DNA of 64,000 nt from Eledone cirrhosa (GCA_964016885.1 OZ024753.1:17918001-17982000); one strand, 5' to 3'; counted from the stretch's first letter, positions 38,149-53,314 are shown. Notes: generated from the sequence alone by a model not told the origin. Translations and numbers: made by a program.

Positions 38149-38460
38149 GGCGGTGGATTGGCAGTATCAGTAGAGGGTCGGACGTCATGCTTTACAGCAG
38201 AGCTACGTCCCTTAACGTTCTGAGTTCAAATCCGGCCAAGGTTAACTTTGCCTTTCATCCTTACGGGGTCGATAAAATAAAGTACCAGTAATACACTGGA
38301 ATAATTGCTGGCCTTGTGCCAAAAGTAGAAACAATTATCGTATAAGTGTGTTCAAATCCCGCCGAGGTTAACTTTGCCTTTCATCCTTCCGTGGTCGATA
38401 AAATAAGTACCTGTAATGTAATGGATAATTGCTGGCCTTGTGCCAAAAGTAGAAACAATT
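38149..38460 (+). mobile_element. SINE plus tandem truncated SINE
   Basis: Consensus match; atta.cgtataa occurs three times at the junctions. Confidence 0.9.
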
Positions 38461-38754
38461 AACGTATAAATGTTATTGAAAACTATAAAAAAGAATGGTA
38501 TCTGCGTGTATATATAGATCTGTTTGTATCTATCGTTGTTCTCGTATAAGTAAGGCTACTTGCATTTGGTCCATTTTCTTGGTGGTACTCCTTCCAAACT
38601 TAGAATTTACATGGGACGAAAATGTATTAATTTTTCAGACCATTGAGTACTTAGTGACTGCCTCAAACAATTCGAGTGGTATCAGCTATAACTGCGATTT
38701 ATAAATATTATTTTTATTATACTTATTGTTATTATGATATATATATATATATAA

Positions 38755-38946
38755 GGGCGGTGGATTGGCAGTATCGGTAGAGCGTCGGACGCCATGCTTT
38801 GACGCATAGAGTTACGGCCCTTTCCAATCTGAGTTCAAATTCCGCTGAGGTTAACTTTGCATTTTATCCTTACGGGGTCGATCAAACAAAGTACCAGTAA
38901 TACACTGAGTAATTGCTGGCCTTGTGCGAAAAGTAGAAACAATTAT
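38755..38946 (+). mobile_element. SINE
   Basis: Full-length consensus match. Confidence 0.9.
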
Positions 38947-39369
38947 GATATATATATATATATATATATATATGACTGTGTGTGTGTCTGTGTGTGTATG
39001 TGTGTGTGTGTGCCTGTGTATGTGTGTGTGTGCGTGTCTGTGTGTGTGTGTAATATGTAGTTCCTCGATTCCCGAGTTGTGTTGGCCGGTAAATACAGAA
39101 TAAAAAGGTACTGAATACATTGATAAAGAATAGGCACCTTTAATATAAATATAGAAATAACTTCTACTGAATTAAAACTGTGTCATCCGTATGAAATCAC
39201 TAGGAATGCCCCCCTCTCTCCCTCTCTCCCTATATATATATATATTTATACACACACACACACACACACACACATATATGAAAGGATCGATCGACTTTCG
39301 TCAAATCGTACCGAGGAAACAAATTTTTCGTCGGTCTTTCCAGTCGCTAGTACTATCTATCGGTCGCAA

Positions 39370-39500
39370 CTCCAGGTAGAAGGAGTAACGTGAAATAAAG
39401 TGTCTTGCTCAAGGATATAATGCATCGGCCGGTCCAAGAATCGAACTCACAACCTAAATATTGTGAATCCAATTCTCTAACCACTCAGCCACATGCCTTC
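39370..39500 (-). mobile_element. Second tRNA-derived SINE family, 5' part
   Basis: Minus strand: A-box TGGCTGAGTGG, B-box GAGTTCGATTC, then ccttgagcaagacactt. Confidence 0.75.
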
Positions 39501-39504
39501 ACAC

Positions 39505-39901
<397 letters not shown>

Positions 39902-40332
39902 ATATATATATATATATATATATATAAACAAACTTTTAATGGATAGAACTGTTGAATATATAAGAAAGCGGGTAAAACCTCTTGTACATAGTCAATTCTT
40001 CAAACCCATACTTACAGAACTTATTAGCACATGAATCAAATTCTTTTAGTCATTTGGTATTTTCCATTACAAACGAATACAATTTAGTATTTTCCGGGTA
40101 GCTGCTCTATTACAATGTCCATATAATTAAATATTATTTTAGATTGAAACATTGTTCAGTGTATCATCGTTTTCTGAGCAAGTATTGAACAGCATGTAAA
40201 TATTTTCAAATATTTTAATGGCTGAAATACGGTCAAATATGTCAGAAATAAAAATGTCATTTTTCTTAAGGAATTTGATTATTTTGGCCGTAGATTGAGA
40301 GCATTTAACAAACGTTTATCTCGGAAGTATAC

Positions 40333-40556
40333 AATAGTTTCTGATTTAGGCACAAGGCCAACAATTTTAAGGGAGAGGAACGTCCATTAAATCGACCCGT
40401 GTGCGTTACTGGTACTGTATGTTATTGATTCCATAAAGATGAAAGGCAAATCTAAACCTCGGTAGTGGGGATTTGAACACAGAACGTAAATGGACGTAAC
40501 CCTATACCGAAAAGCCTCTTGTCCGACTGTCTATCGCTACTGCCAATCAACCATCC
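40333..40556 (-). mobile_element. Diverged SINE
   Basis: Consensus match. Confidence 0.75.
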
Positions 40557-41780
40557 TCTTTATCGTCAATATATAATGCTATTAAAGATATTACGATTAG
40601 AATAACCGCGAATGAAATATTAATATTTATTTACTAAAAAGGAAGCAACTCTTAAGCTAAGTAACATTCAGTAAAAGAACGACCTTTTTAAAACGACCTG
40701 TTTAAATGTGATAAATTAGCAAGTAACATTTGATAAGTTAAAACGACAATTAAACTGAAAAATTTGGCAAATTCCCATAATCATTTGGTACTAATTTTGA
40801 CAGTAGTTACTTCCCCTGTCAATGCCGGAGTCGTTCCTGTTACAACGTGAATGTGTAGTTGAAATCCCCTGGATTAATGTATCAAAAACATTATGTGCAC
40901 ACCAAGTGCGGTATTCGGCGATAGATATAAAAGAGATCACCAACTGTGTCATGTCTACATGGCAGACATTTTACGTTATTCAACGTTACATGCCGCTAAC
41001 ATACATATTCTCTAAAGAGTAAATATATAAATACATGTGTCTGAATAACTGTAATGGTGGTTTGTGATATATGTACCATATATGTGTACAGCTTTATAGC
41101 AACAAGGCAATATGTTAATCCTGGTGGTCAGATCCCGGTCAATTATATACTGGAAATTTTGCGATGGCCGAGTCTTCAGATACGCCTTGCAGAGTTTCCT
41201 ATCAGACTCAACTCTCAAATATTGATCCAGTTGAATCCTCAATAGAGACAAATAGAGCTCATGGATATTATCTTGGTTGTTGTCTACCTCTGGCTCTGCT
41301 TTCGGTTAAGAGAATGGCGAATCTATTAACTGATCACCGTGTAAATATCTGCAAGATGAGACTACGTAATGTCAAGACAACCCACAAATTGGCAGGTCAG
41401 CTAGACCTAGAGGATAAATTGGAAAATGCTGGCTGATGAGGGGGTGAAGACCAGATGTAAAGATAATATTGCATTCAAAGTTAGGGAACTTGTCTTAGGA
41501 AACTAGTCTTAGGAAGTTGAAATAGAATAGAGACTGTTCAGCCCAGCAGGTTTTGCTTCAATTTTTAAATACGAAAGTGTCTCGGTGTAGCACTGAGTGG
41601 CAGATAGACCGTTATGTTCAATTAGGAGGTTAAAAATGATGCAAGTCTTTCATCTTAAATACGTGTTAAATTCAGGTGCGAAAAGTCGCAGCAGAGACAG
41701 TAAAGTCATGGTTAAAAAAAGAGGACGACTTTAAGGTTAAGATGGAATCCGTCTTAAGATCAGCAATTAGAGTATTCTAG

Positions 41781-41818
<38 letters not shown>

Positions 41819-41830
41819 ATATATATATAT

Positions 41831-42024
41831 GTTTATCCCGGGTGCAATTGGGGGTAACCATAGTAAGTAACGTACTCTATACATAGCACAGTATAAATAT
41901 TTAATATAGAAATGGTTTCTACAGGACTAGAACTATTTCGTTCGGGAGAAATCATCAGGAAAGTCCTGATGATTTCTTCCGAATGAAACAGTTCTAGTCC
42001 TCGATGTAGAAGCCATTTCTATAT
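41831..42024 (-). mobile_element. Fold-back mini-element, family G (CUGAUGA..GAAA core on both arms)
   Basis: Inverted arms meet at atcatcaggaaagtcctgatgat; homologs at 44778-44960 and 52219-52375. Confidence 0.75.
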
Positions 42025-42505
42025 ATTATATATATATTATATATATATTATATATATATTATATATATATTATATATTATATAAATATTATATATATATA
42101 TTATATATATATATATTATATATACATATATATTATATATATATTATATATACATATATATTATATATATATTATATATATATTATATATATATATATTA
42201 TATATATATTATATATATATTATATATATATTACATATATATATTATATATACATATATATTATATATATATATATTATATATATATTATATATATATAT
42301 ATTATATATATATTATATATATATTATATATATATTATATATATATTATATATATATTATATATATATTATATATATATATATATTATATATATATATAT
42401 TATATATATATTATATATAGATTATATATATATATATTATATATATATTATATATATATATATATTATATATATATTATATATATTATATATATTATATA
42501 TATAT
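42024..42505. repeat. (TA)n/(TTA) compound microsatellite
   Basis: Direct reading. Confidence 0.95.
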
Positions 42506-43656
42506 TCATTAGTTAAGCAAAACAAGACCACAAATTTCACAAGGAAGACATTATTAAAAGATTGTCAACATATTTTAGTTTGATGTAAGGAATGTAGTGA
42601 ATAATATTAATAATAATAATTATATATATAATAATTATAATAATAATTATATATATAACTCAGATAATTATATGATACCTCCCCTACATTGTCTCTCAAT
42701 TAAAACATTTAAAAGTTAGCACTTAACTATAAACTACCGACAATGTCTAATCTCTCCAAGAGTTACTTCCCCTGAAACCACCCTCCAATTAGTAAGGTAA
42801 ATATGTCGTTTGGCAGCCATCTTGTTACCCACAAGCAGATCTGACACAATGCAGCCTCGACAGATGAATACTCCTTGATTATGGCTGACAGCTGATGCAA
42901 CCAAGACACCATAGTAAAAACCAATATATGGAACATTATATTATGTAACATTCTCTCATTATTTTAATTTATATTCGGGTGGTGGATTGGCAGTATCGGT
43001 AGAGGGTCGGACGCCATGCTTTCCAGCATAGTTACGTCCCTTTATGATCTGAGTTCAAATCCCGCCGAGGTTGACTTTACCTTTCATCCTTACGGGGTCG
43101 ATAAAATAAAGTACCAGTAATGCACTGGGTAATTTGCTGGCCTTGTGCCTAAAGTAGAAACAATTATTTTAATTTATATTCCTTTGAAGTTCCGATGAGC
43201 CGCTCTGTTCTTTAAATATGTTAATTATTATTAACTGAACCAGATCAATTATGATATATAGTCATCTGATCCAGAAATACGGGGTCGATAAAATAAAGTA
43301 CCAGTAATGCACTGATTAATTGCTGGCCTTGTGCCTAAAGTAGAAACAATTATTATTCATATTATTATTATTATTCTCTACATTCCTTACATCAAACTAA
43401 ACTATGTTGACAATCTTTTAATAATGTCTTCCTTGTGAAATTTGTGGTCTCGTTTTGCTTAACTAATGAATATTTCCAGCTCTGCGCACCTAACATCTGC
43501 ATGAACCCAGCTACCTAGCTGCTTCCTACTGCATATTGCGCATTGAGCACATGCCTTTACGCTTTGGCTTCTAACTAACTCACCAATCTCTCCTCTCATA
43601 TCTCCTCTCCTATCTCCATCTCTCTCTTTAAGATCGGTTACTCTTCAACTGTGTAT
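42504..43656 (+). mobile_element. Fold-back element (42504-42597 inverted at 43378-43472, plus tail) with nested SINEs at 42977-43167 and 43278-43355
   Basis: ~93-bp inverted repeat; SINE TSD attattttaatttatattc. Confidence 0.6.
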
Positions 43657-43708
43657 TATATATATATATATATATATTATATATATTATATATATATTAT
43701 ATATATTA

Positions 43709-43785
<77 letters not shown>

Positions 43786-43789
<4 letters not shown>

Positions 43790-43993
43790 ACAGTGACATA
43801 AACAGGTACTCAAGTTTCGTTGGGTTCTAGGCCCCAATTCAACCATAGACGGCCATCTTTGTTTTTGTTTTTCTAGGGCCCAGAACCCAACGAAACTTGC
43901 GTATCTGTTTATGTAACTGTTGTAATTATACTAAACTCGTCCTATGGACTGAGTGTTCTTACTCTTGGATATTTCCACTTAACTTTTACTTCA

Positions 43994-43996
<3 letters not shown>
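43786..43996 (+). mobile_element. Fold-back mini-element with HHR 3' half
   Basis: 43787-43834 is inverted at 43876-43923; cGAAAcuugcGUA. Confidence 0.6.
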
Positions 43997-44060
<64 letters not shown>

Positions 44061-44070
44061 ATATATATAT

Positions 44071-44286
44071 ATAGGGAAATGTTCAAGACGCCGACGGTAG
44101 AGCTCAATCAATTTCGACGGCTATTTCTGGACTAGTAGTCTGTAGTCCAGAAATAGCCCTCGAAATGGCTTCAGCTCTGCCGTCGTGGTCTTGAACATTT
44201 TCTAATCCCCACTCCACTACCCTAAGTATTGAGTACTCTTGTGCGTTATGCTCCATCTGGTTCCTTACCACACTTCCTTCCTTCTA
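44071..44286 (+). mobile_element. Fold-back mini-element, family F
   Basis: Inverted arms around 44135; tail. Confidence 0.7.
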
Positions 44287-44738
44287 TATATATATATGCT
44301 TGGCTGCACTGCTGAAGGGTAATCGTCGGCTTAGCTGCGGCTCGAGCTTCGAATATGCTGTACTTGCATTTGTATTACTATCTCCTAGACCTAATGATTA
44401 ATTGATTAATTTAATTTGACAATTCTGTTGATTGGTTAATTATTTATGTTTGTTTAATAACGGTCTGGTTGAGTGCTTAATTCACTTTGTGGATGGAACT
44501 TTTTCTATTACTCATAATTTGAATTTGACCGCCATAAACCGGGGTTAGCTCTCTTTGGAGTAACATGTGCCATCACAACCGGATTTGTGTCAGAGCGAAA
44601 ACCTGTTGAGAAAATAAATCCACTGTTCGATCTTCCAGAAACTTAACTTGTATACACTACAAGCGGATCTTGTTGATTTCGGATTTACAGAAACCTAACT
44701 GAGATATTGAATAATTTCGAAGTGATGGTCCAGGTTTG

Positions 44739-44777
<39 letters not shown>

Positions 44778-44778
<1 letters not shown>

Positions 44779-44956
44779 GTTATTCCGGGTTGAATCGGAG
44801 GTAACCACAGTAAGTAAGGTACTCAATACATAGCAGAGTATAAAAGTTTTAATATAGATGAGATTCTACAGGACTAGAACTGTTTCATTCATTAGAAATC
44901 ATTCCTGATGATTTCTAATGAATGAAACAGTTCTAGTCCTGTAGAATCTCATCTAT

Positions 44957-44960
<4 letters not shown>
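44778..44960 (-). mobile_element. Fold-back mini-element, family G
   Basis: Perfect ~52-bp inverted repeat meeting at aatcattcctgatgatt. Confidence 0.75.
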
Positions 44961-45040
<80 letters not shown>

Positions 45041-45309
45041 TGTATATATATATATATATATGTGTATGTATTTTTCTCACGAGTCAGTTCTTTCGTTGCT
45101 ACAGACCACGCGGCAGAATTACCGGTCGCTATCTTCAACTTGCAAAGCCCTTTAAATTGTATGTTATTATTCTGAGGTTTTATACCTTGTCGAGTGTTTA
45201 AACCCGAGGTATCCATCCCTATCCAGAGTGATTCTGAGAAAGTGTAGAAGAGATTATGAAGAAGGAATCGCCTTCACCTCTAGACTTGAACGTTTTTCTC
45301 GACTGGTAA

Positions 45310-45681
45310 ATAATTGTTTCTACTTTGGCACAAGGCTAGCAATTACCCAGTGCATTACTGGTACTTTATTTTATCGACCCCGTAAGGATGAAAGATAAAG
45401 TTAACCTCGACGGGATTTGAACTCAGACCGTAAAGGGACGTAACTATGCTGGAAAGCATGGCGTCCGAACCTCTACCGATACTGACAATCCACTGTAAAT
45501 AATTGTTTCTACTTTAGGCACAAGGCCAGCAATACCCAGTGCATTACTGGTACTTTATTTTATCGACCCCGTAAGGATGAAAGGCAAAGTCAACCTCGGC
45601 GGGATTTGAACTCAGACGTAAAGGGACGTAACTATGCTGGAAAGCATGGCGTCCGACCCTCTACCGATACTGCCAATCCAC
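45310..45681 (-). mobile_element. Two tandem SINEs
   Basis: Consensus match; gtaaataat occurs three times at the junctions. Confidence 0.92.
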
Positions 45682-46197
45682 TGTAAATAATGAAAGAAAA
45701 TGGTTCTTCAGCGGGATTGGATCTCAGAGTGTAGAGAGTAGGAACATATACTCCAAACTATTCATTCAAATTTCTAACGAATTTGCCAAATCACACACGT
45801 TTTGTTCGTTCTTCGTGAATAGAATATAGAATATTATGATAGAAAATATTTATGTACCTTCATATATTGAAGCAGGTGATGTTAGGCGATTTATATATTA
45901 TATATCACATACCTTACATGTAATAAATATAATATATGAAATAGCTGTGATTTAGTTTAGTTGAAATATTCTGTTGAATGTATTATTGTAGATTGAATGC
46001 TAAATAAATTTATTATAAAGAATAATCTTTACATTTCTTTGCAGATGTGTAAATCTAAAGTATCTAGAAACCGCTTGTATACTTATGCAGTTGGAACAAA
46101 AGAGCATTCTAACATCGGAAATCTCTGGTTTCCACATTTGAATAAATATATCCTCACTGTATCGTACAAAGGATTTAAGTGAGTTTATCTTATTTCT

Positions 46198-46199
<2 letters not shown>

Positions 46200-46294
<95 letters not shown>

Positions 46295-46310
46295 TCATAC
46301 ACACACACAA
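46200..46310. repeat. (CT)n then (CA)n microsatellite
   Basis: Direct reading. Confidence 0.95.
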
Positions 46311-46792
46311 ACTAAACACGCATGCATATACATTGTTATATTATTTCTTTGTGTCTGTTAATACTAACAGAACTGTCTTATGTTCAGCAGTTTATAATCA
46401 CCACCGTATTCTGTATAACACAAAACGACTTTCCAGTTAATACCTATTCTCTTATGAGTTCAGTTGCGTGTATATAATGGTTTAGTGTATACTTTATAGA
46501 ATCTTAGAAACGCCTTCTATGCTAATGCGAGATTATTATCTTTCGTTTATAGTAATTTCTGACATTTTCTTCCGTTTGGCATTTGTTTTTCTATGTAAAT
46601 CTTCGAACATTCTCTTGTTTAAAAGCTATTGAAAATGATTTCGTCGGCAACGTTCAGATGAAATTACAGCAATCGTATTTTGGTGGTTTTCTGCTTTCCT
46701 TCATGTATATTTTAACATTAAGTAGTATGTTATTTAATTTTTGTACATAAATGGTCAAGCACATAATACCAGAATCATAAGAAACGAACACG

Positions 46793-46829
<37 letters not shown>

Positions 46830-47010
46830 GTATATATATTATAAAAAGTCGTGACGTGAAAGGTGAGCTCCAGCATTTCAACAATTCGTTCGTTCCATGC
46901 TCTACAACTCCAAGAATCGAGTATTCTGTTTAGTAATGGTCTAACTAGTTTTGAACCGATTCTATCCTAATGTATAATATATATATAGTTTCCATTTATT
47001 AATATCATTG

Positions 47011-47042
<32 letters not shown>

Positions 47043-47043
<1 letters not shown>

Positions 47044-50000
47044 AAGGATAAAAAGGACGATTGATTATTCCTTCATTGCATTTATTGATAGGTGACGCGC
47101 GTTTCGCCGCTGATCAGCTCAAGGTTCGATCTATATCGATCCTACCCGACTCAATAATCCGTAGCTCGACGGACCTTCTTAAAATGCTATAAGAAAATGA
47201 AATACATGCTATGTGATAAAGTCAGATATTCAAGAGAAGGGTCAAGGCGATGTATTGGCCTGTAGTGTATATGGGGGTGGGTGTGATGGTGAGATGTTGG
47301 TGACGATGGGTGGATGAGATGGGCTGTGGTGTGGTGGTGGTTGATTGGTCTTGGTGTGTAGAGTATGTGGGGGTGGATGTTATGATATGGTGGTGGTTAT
47401 GGTTGCTTAGTGGGATGGGCTGTGGTATGAGGTCAGCAGAAGGGTTGGGTGTGTGTGGGGGTGTGGTATTGGTGCCGCTGTCTATGGTAGTGGCGTTTGC
47501 GGTGGTGTGGCGGATGTATTGGTGGCGTCAAGGTCATTACCTAGATACTTAGCTAGACGCTCATCGTCTGACAGATGCTTTGTATATACGTATACGCACA
47601 CACATATAGGCATATATGTGCACACATACTGTTGTATAAACACACCCACCACAAAACACATACGCACATCCTTGCCCACACATATCGACACACGCTCACA
47701 CAGCCATATGTATATGTACACACATGTATGTGCGTGTGCGCATGCGGACACGAATATGGAGAGTGGGGGAGTATCGTTGGGGGTGGCGAACGACGGAGAT
47801 GGGGGAAGGTGAGAGGCAATATAGAAGGTGTTTTACATACATACATACACATACATATACCCATACACACATATGGGTATGGGCACATGGACTCACACTC
47901 ACGTATACAAAATATACACATACACACTCACACACACGTATACACACGCACATATATTCACATACATATATATACATACACATATATATATATATACATA
48001 TATAAATATATATATAAATACATATACACACACACATGTACAGACAACACAGATATACACGCACATATACACATACATGCACGTACATGAGCTCACCTAC
48101 ACATATAGTCAGATTCACCCATATACATATATGTAGACGTGCACATATACACACATACATACACATACATATAGACACACACACACATACACATACGCAT
48201 ACACATACACATATATATACAGATACGTACCCACACATACACACATGTATACACCTGCGCTCACATACACACACACACACGTACAATAACTATGCGTACC
48301 CGCACGCACACTCATACGTCCGTATGTGTAAGAATACCTACACACCGACACACACGCTATTGTTGGTTGGGGAGTGGGGGGTATGTGTTGTCGGTGTTGG
48401 TGAAGTATGGAGTTGTGTTTTGTGGTGGTGGTGGTGGAGTTGTGAGGGACAAAAATATATATACAGGATCGAATACCGGTTAAAAGGTGACATAGGGAAC
48501 GCGGGGGAGAAGCGTTTATGGACGTACGGCGATGTGTATTGTGGACATGGTGATGGTGGTGGTGCTGGGTGATATGTTCGACAAGATGATTACATGATCA
48601 GAGGTTACGGTGTGTTATAGGGTAAGGCAGGCGGGGGTTGGGGGATATATAATACAGTCGATCTGGGAGCGAGGGGTGATATGTGTTGATGATGTTAATG
48701 ATAATGATTGTTGAGGTATTTGGATGTATCTAGTGGTGGCGGTGGTTGTGTGTGCGTGCGACAGTACAATTACAGGGTCGAATTTAGCGTGGGGTTGTAG
48801 GTTAGGGTAGACAGGGGGAACATGGGGGATGAGGCTGTAGGTGTGTATGGTAGGCATATGACGATGTGTCGAGTGGTGGTGGTGGCGATGGTGTGATATG
48901 ATCGACATTGTATTTACAAGGTCCCTTGTCATTGTGGATTGCAAGGTAGATCGTATCATAGGATACCGATCTAATACGATGTTGCAACGATGAGGTGTGT
49001 ATGTTGATGTGAATTTTGGTGGTGGTGGTGGTGATGTGTGCGGCATGATATAGAAATGCGGATTTAGAAATGGTTACATGGAGTACAATACAATAAGTTC
49101 ATTGAGGTGGGCGATGTTGAGACGGGGTATATGTGGTTATTAATATGGTGTGTCATGGTTAGTGTGATTTTTGGTGTGGGTTATGTATGCGGCATGATAT
49201 ACAAAATACGGGCTTATATATGGTTAAATGCAATACAATAAAATAAGATAAAGTAAAGTAAGATTAGAATTAAAATTCGTTGAGATCGGCGATAGTGATA
49301 CGGGGCAGATATGGTTATTATTATGGTGGGTCATGGTTAGTGCGTGGCCCTCCCGCGAAAGTTTGTGCAGAAAAGGTGTTCATCCTAGTGTGTCTGCAAT
49401 TGACAATTATGTCCGACCTATAGTTTATGGCGGAATTTAGTTTAATTATTTCCACCGCCTGAGCTAGGCATAATCTGCAGTGATTTCTGTCACTGGGGAT
49501 ATATGCCACGCGTCTTTTTACTGACCACGAAATCTGGGGTTCAATATTCCTGTCCTTGAGGTCCCAGATCAAGTCGGCCAGTTTTGTTTGGGGTCGTTTC
49601 GATCTATGTTTGAAGGAGCCTCTGTGGTTATACCAGCGCTCCTTAAACGTTGTGGATGTCGCACCTATATATGAGTACTCCTTATTGCCGGCTGTGACAT
49701 CGCACCGGTAAACAGTATTCTTAACGAGGCACTCCCCGTTTAGTGGGCATTCGGCTCGTATTTTGCAGTTGCATTTGGGTGTAACCGGTGCGGTGGCACG
49801 ATGGCGGTTGGTGTCATGCGGTGTTGGTGTGGTGTGTGCTGTTGTGTTGTGTTGTGTGTGTGGTTTCGTTCTGGGTTGTGGTGGTGGTTTGTTGAGGGGA
49901 AACCATGTGTTTTTGTATTTTTGCCCTATTATTGTGTGCTATTGTGTGACCTAGGTTTGGTGCTGTGGAGAAAGAGAATTTTACGGTGTGTCTATTGAAG

Positions 50001-50418
50001 AGCTTGTGGTATTTGTATGTGTGTGGAAAAGATTGTTCAAGAGCCCTGAAAAAGGTTCCCGGTATGTTAGTGGCAACGTGTATAGAATAGGGGGGGGGGG
50101 GTTATACCACGTGACAGGTCTACTTCGGTTTATGCGTTGTTTAGTGAGGTTTTGTGGTTGGGTGGTAGTTTGTGTGTGTTTTGGTCAGGCGTATGTTTCA
50201 AATAGGTTCCAGGTTATCTATTGGCGTTATGTTCCTTGTCTATATTGGTACGCAAACGTGTACGATAGTCGGAGTTGTTATTGGGGCTGGAGAGTATGGC
50301 TTTATCTCCTAGACAGTTATGTGTGGTGCTGTCTGCGCTGCCGGCTAGGGGGCGTCTAAGGTTATTGTGTGTCCTATGTGTGGAGGTTTCTTCTAAGTTC
50401 GTTTCTAAGGGTCCTGCT
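47043..50418 (-). mobile_element. 5'-truncated Naiad-like PLE with long, microsatellite-filled 3' UTR
   Basis: VTWYNPPPYS; CNCKIRAECPLNGECLVKNTVY..YIGATSTTFKERWYNH..IWDLKD..CRLCL..NYRSDIIVNCRH (stop at 49321); HHR 3' half GAAAcgcgcGUC at ~47093-47104; the 3' boundary is inferred. Confidence 0.8.
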
Positions 50419-50468
50419 GTTGATAACAGCAAGTTATAACAATATATATGCGTGTGTGTGTGTGGGTG

Positions 50469-50499
<31 letters not shown>

Positions 50500-50506
<7 letters not shown>

Positions 50507-50870
50507 CACCACCCCACACACACACATATATATTGTTATAATTTGCTGTTATCAACGTACTTCTATGTACCACATTTCATCGAAAGCATAACCACAGCAA
50601 TCCGCAGAGACATCCACAAAGAAGGACTAGACATAGAGTTAGACACTCGCGCTATTCACTGAGTAAATGCCTGCCTCAAAAGCAATCCAGAGACAACGAC
50701 AATCAATGCATGCTGACTAACTGCCCTATCTGCGGTAGAGGTAGTACCAGCGGACACACGTGATATACCGGATTGAATGCAACAAATGTAAGGAGTTCTA
50801 CATTCGAAGCACGATTCCAGCACCCCACACGCGCATTAAAGAACACCTTAACACACACGCATCCTCATCA
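50500..50870 (+). mobile_element. Degraded PLE GIY-YIG fragment, truncated by SINE at 50871-51022 (-)
   Basis: YRIECNKCKEFYI.STIPA.HTRIKEH; inverted homolog at 52930-53320. Confidence 0.7.
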
Positions 50871-51747
50871 ATTAACCAGTACATTACTGGTACTTTATTT
50901 TATCGACCCCGTAAGGATAAAAGGCAAAGTTAACCTCGGCGGGATTTGAACTCAGATCGTAAAGAGAAATAACTATGCTGGAAAGCATGGAGTCCGACCC
51001 TCTACGATACTGCCAATCCACCAACTTTCGATTTGTTTGCAATTATACAAACAAAAGATTTTTAAAGATTCCTGGTTAACGTTCCTGAAGAACTTTCTCG
51101 CATTCGTCGGTGGCGTTTGTCAAACTGATCTCAGGATGTGCTGTGATGTGTGACTCTATATATAAGAGACAATTGGGTGTGTCTGAGCGTGTGTGTGTGG
51201 GTGGGTGGGGGGTAATGAGTGTGGGAGGTGGTAGTGAAGGAGTGTTGATGAAGGTTTAAAGGAATTAAAGCACACACACGCACGCACACACGCACACGCA
51301 CACGCACACGCACACGCAAACACACACACAAACATATATATAAGTATGAATACGCACATACATATATGTATACTACAGACGTACACTAGTATGTATATAC
51401 ATACATACATGCACACATGTATATATATATATGTACGTATGGGTTTACCGAACATTTATTATAATGCTCTGTTTGTTTGTAAATAAAGAGCCCGAATTAT
51501 TAGCCGTACAGTGTTCGGCAACCATCATTGCCCTTTTGTTCAACACTGTATATATATATATACAGGAAATAGTAAGAGCAATAGTATGTATATATATATA
51601 TGTGTACAGGAAATGGTAAGAGCAAAATAATTGATTGGGAGTGGAGTTGGGAAGTGTTGGGGTGTTTAAGGAGTGTTTTAGATAGGGGCTGTAAATGTGC
51701 CCCCTTGCTGGTTCCATTTCAATAGACGACCATTAGAGAATAAAATA

Positions 51748-51922
51748 TAATTGTCTCTACTTTTTGGCACAAGGCCAGCAATAACCCAGTATAATTACTG
51801 GTACTTTATTTTATCGATCCCGTAAGGATGAAAGGCAAAGTTAACCTCGGCGGGATTTGAAATCAGAATGGCAAGGACCGTAACTCCTTGCTGCAAAGCA
51901 TGGCGTCAGACCCTCTACCGAT
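51748..51922 (-). mobile_element. SINE
   Basis: Consensus match. Confidence 0.85.
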
Positions 51923-52218
51923 ATCTACATAAACCACATAATGGCAGGTTGTTTTTCAAAGTCTTTTATTATAGCTGAATCAACTCTCTTAAGTTTATAA
52001 AGAATAACTTCAACAATTTTCTATATTAAAGATGAATCTAGGTGTGTGTCTGGAGATGGTCGTGGTGGGTTAATGAGGTGTAAGATTCATGTCTTTGATA
52101 AGAATGGTATGACAGTAAAGAGAAGAATAAGGATAGTTTTGGAATATTTGTCAGAAATCTATGTTGTTGATATTGGTTTGTGAAGAGAAGCGGGGATCAT
52201 ATATATATATATATATAA

Positions 52219-52375
52219 GTTTATCCCGGGTTCAATCGGGGGTAACCACAGTAAGTAAGGTACTCATTACATAGCAGGGTATAAATATTTAATATAGAAA
52301 TGGCTTCTAGAGAACTAGAACTGTTTCATTCAGGAGAATGAAACGGTTCTAGTCCTCTAGAAGCCATTATTATAT
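52219..52375 (-). mobile_element. Fold-back mini-element, family G
   Basis: Same tail as 41831 and 44778; arms meet at tttcattcaggagaatgaaa. Confidence 0.7.
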
Positions 52376-52431
52376 TACACACACGCGCGCACACACACAC
52401 ATACACACACACACATACACAACACATACAC

Positions 52432-52459
<28 letters not shown>

Positions 52460-52462
<3 letters not shown>

Positions 52463-53314
52463 GTTACCTGGTAAAAAAAAAGTAAAAGTAACTTTTTTTT
52501 TGTTCTTTTATCTGTCCAATATTTCGGGACCCAAAAGTCCCTTCATTAGGATTTAAGGAACCTTCAGTGGATAATGTTCCAATTTCCTCTCTTTGGGATA
52601 ACATTTTGATTTTGATTTAAATGTTTTCTAAGTCTTTTTCAATCATTTTTCGATGGTTTCTTCGCTATTCACGTGAATGACGTCAATTGCCAATATATTA
52701 TTTCATGAAATCAATTTTCTTTTTTGTATGAGATGTTTAGTTTGTGTGCCTGTGGGTGTGTCTTTTTATGTCAAGTACTGTGTGCTGAGTTCTAATCTAT
52801 TATTTATATCCGGGTTCCTATATTTATATAAGGCTTCCTTTATTCTTAAGTTGACCACATTTCTATCACTGGCTTTAATGGTAACAGTAATTTGTTGGTT
52901 GATGTTTCTACATTTGTCGATGTGATTTTAGAATGAGGATGAGTGTGTGTTAATGTGTTCTTTAATGCGCGTGTGGAGTGCTGGAATCGTGCTTCCAATG
53001 TAGAACTCCTTACATTTGTTGCATTCAATCCGGTATACCATATGTGTCCGCTGGCACTACCTTTACCGCAGATAGGGCAGTTAGTCAGCATGCATTGATT
53101 GTCGTTGTCTCTGGATTGCTTTTGAGGCAGGCATTTACTCAGTGAATAGCGCGAGTGTCTAACTCTATGTCTAGTCCTTCTTTGTGGATGTCTCTGGATT
53201 GCTTTTGAGCCCGAGTGTGCGGATAGCTGTGGTTATGCTTTCGATGAAATGTGGTACATAGAAGCACGTTGATAAGAGCAAATTATAACAATATATATGT
53301 GTGCGTGTGGAGGG

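Noticed and set aside
38755-38946. tRNA genes
   Set aside because: A/B boxes belong to SINE heads; no cloverleaf
52505-52578. Possible HHR in a PLE 3' UTR (also partial cores at 9612, 41173, 44597 and 47093)
   Set aside because: CUGANGA is mutated or missing, so not listed as ribozymes
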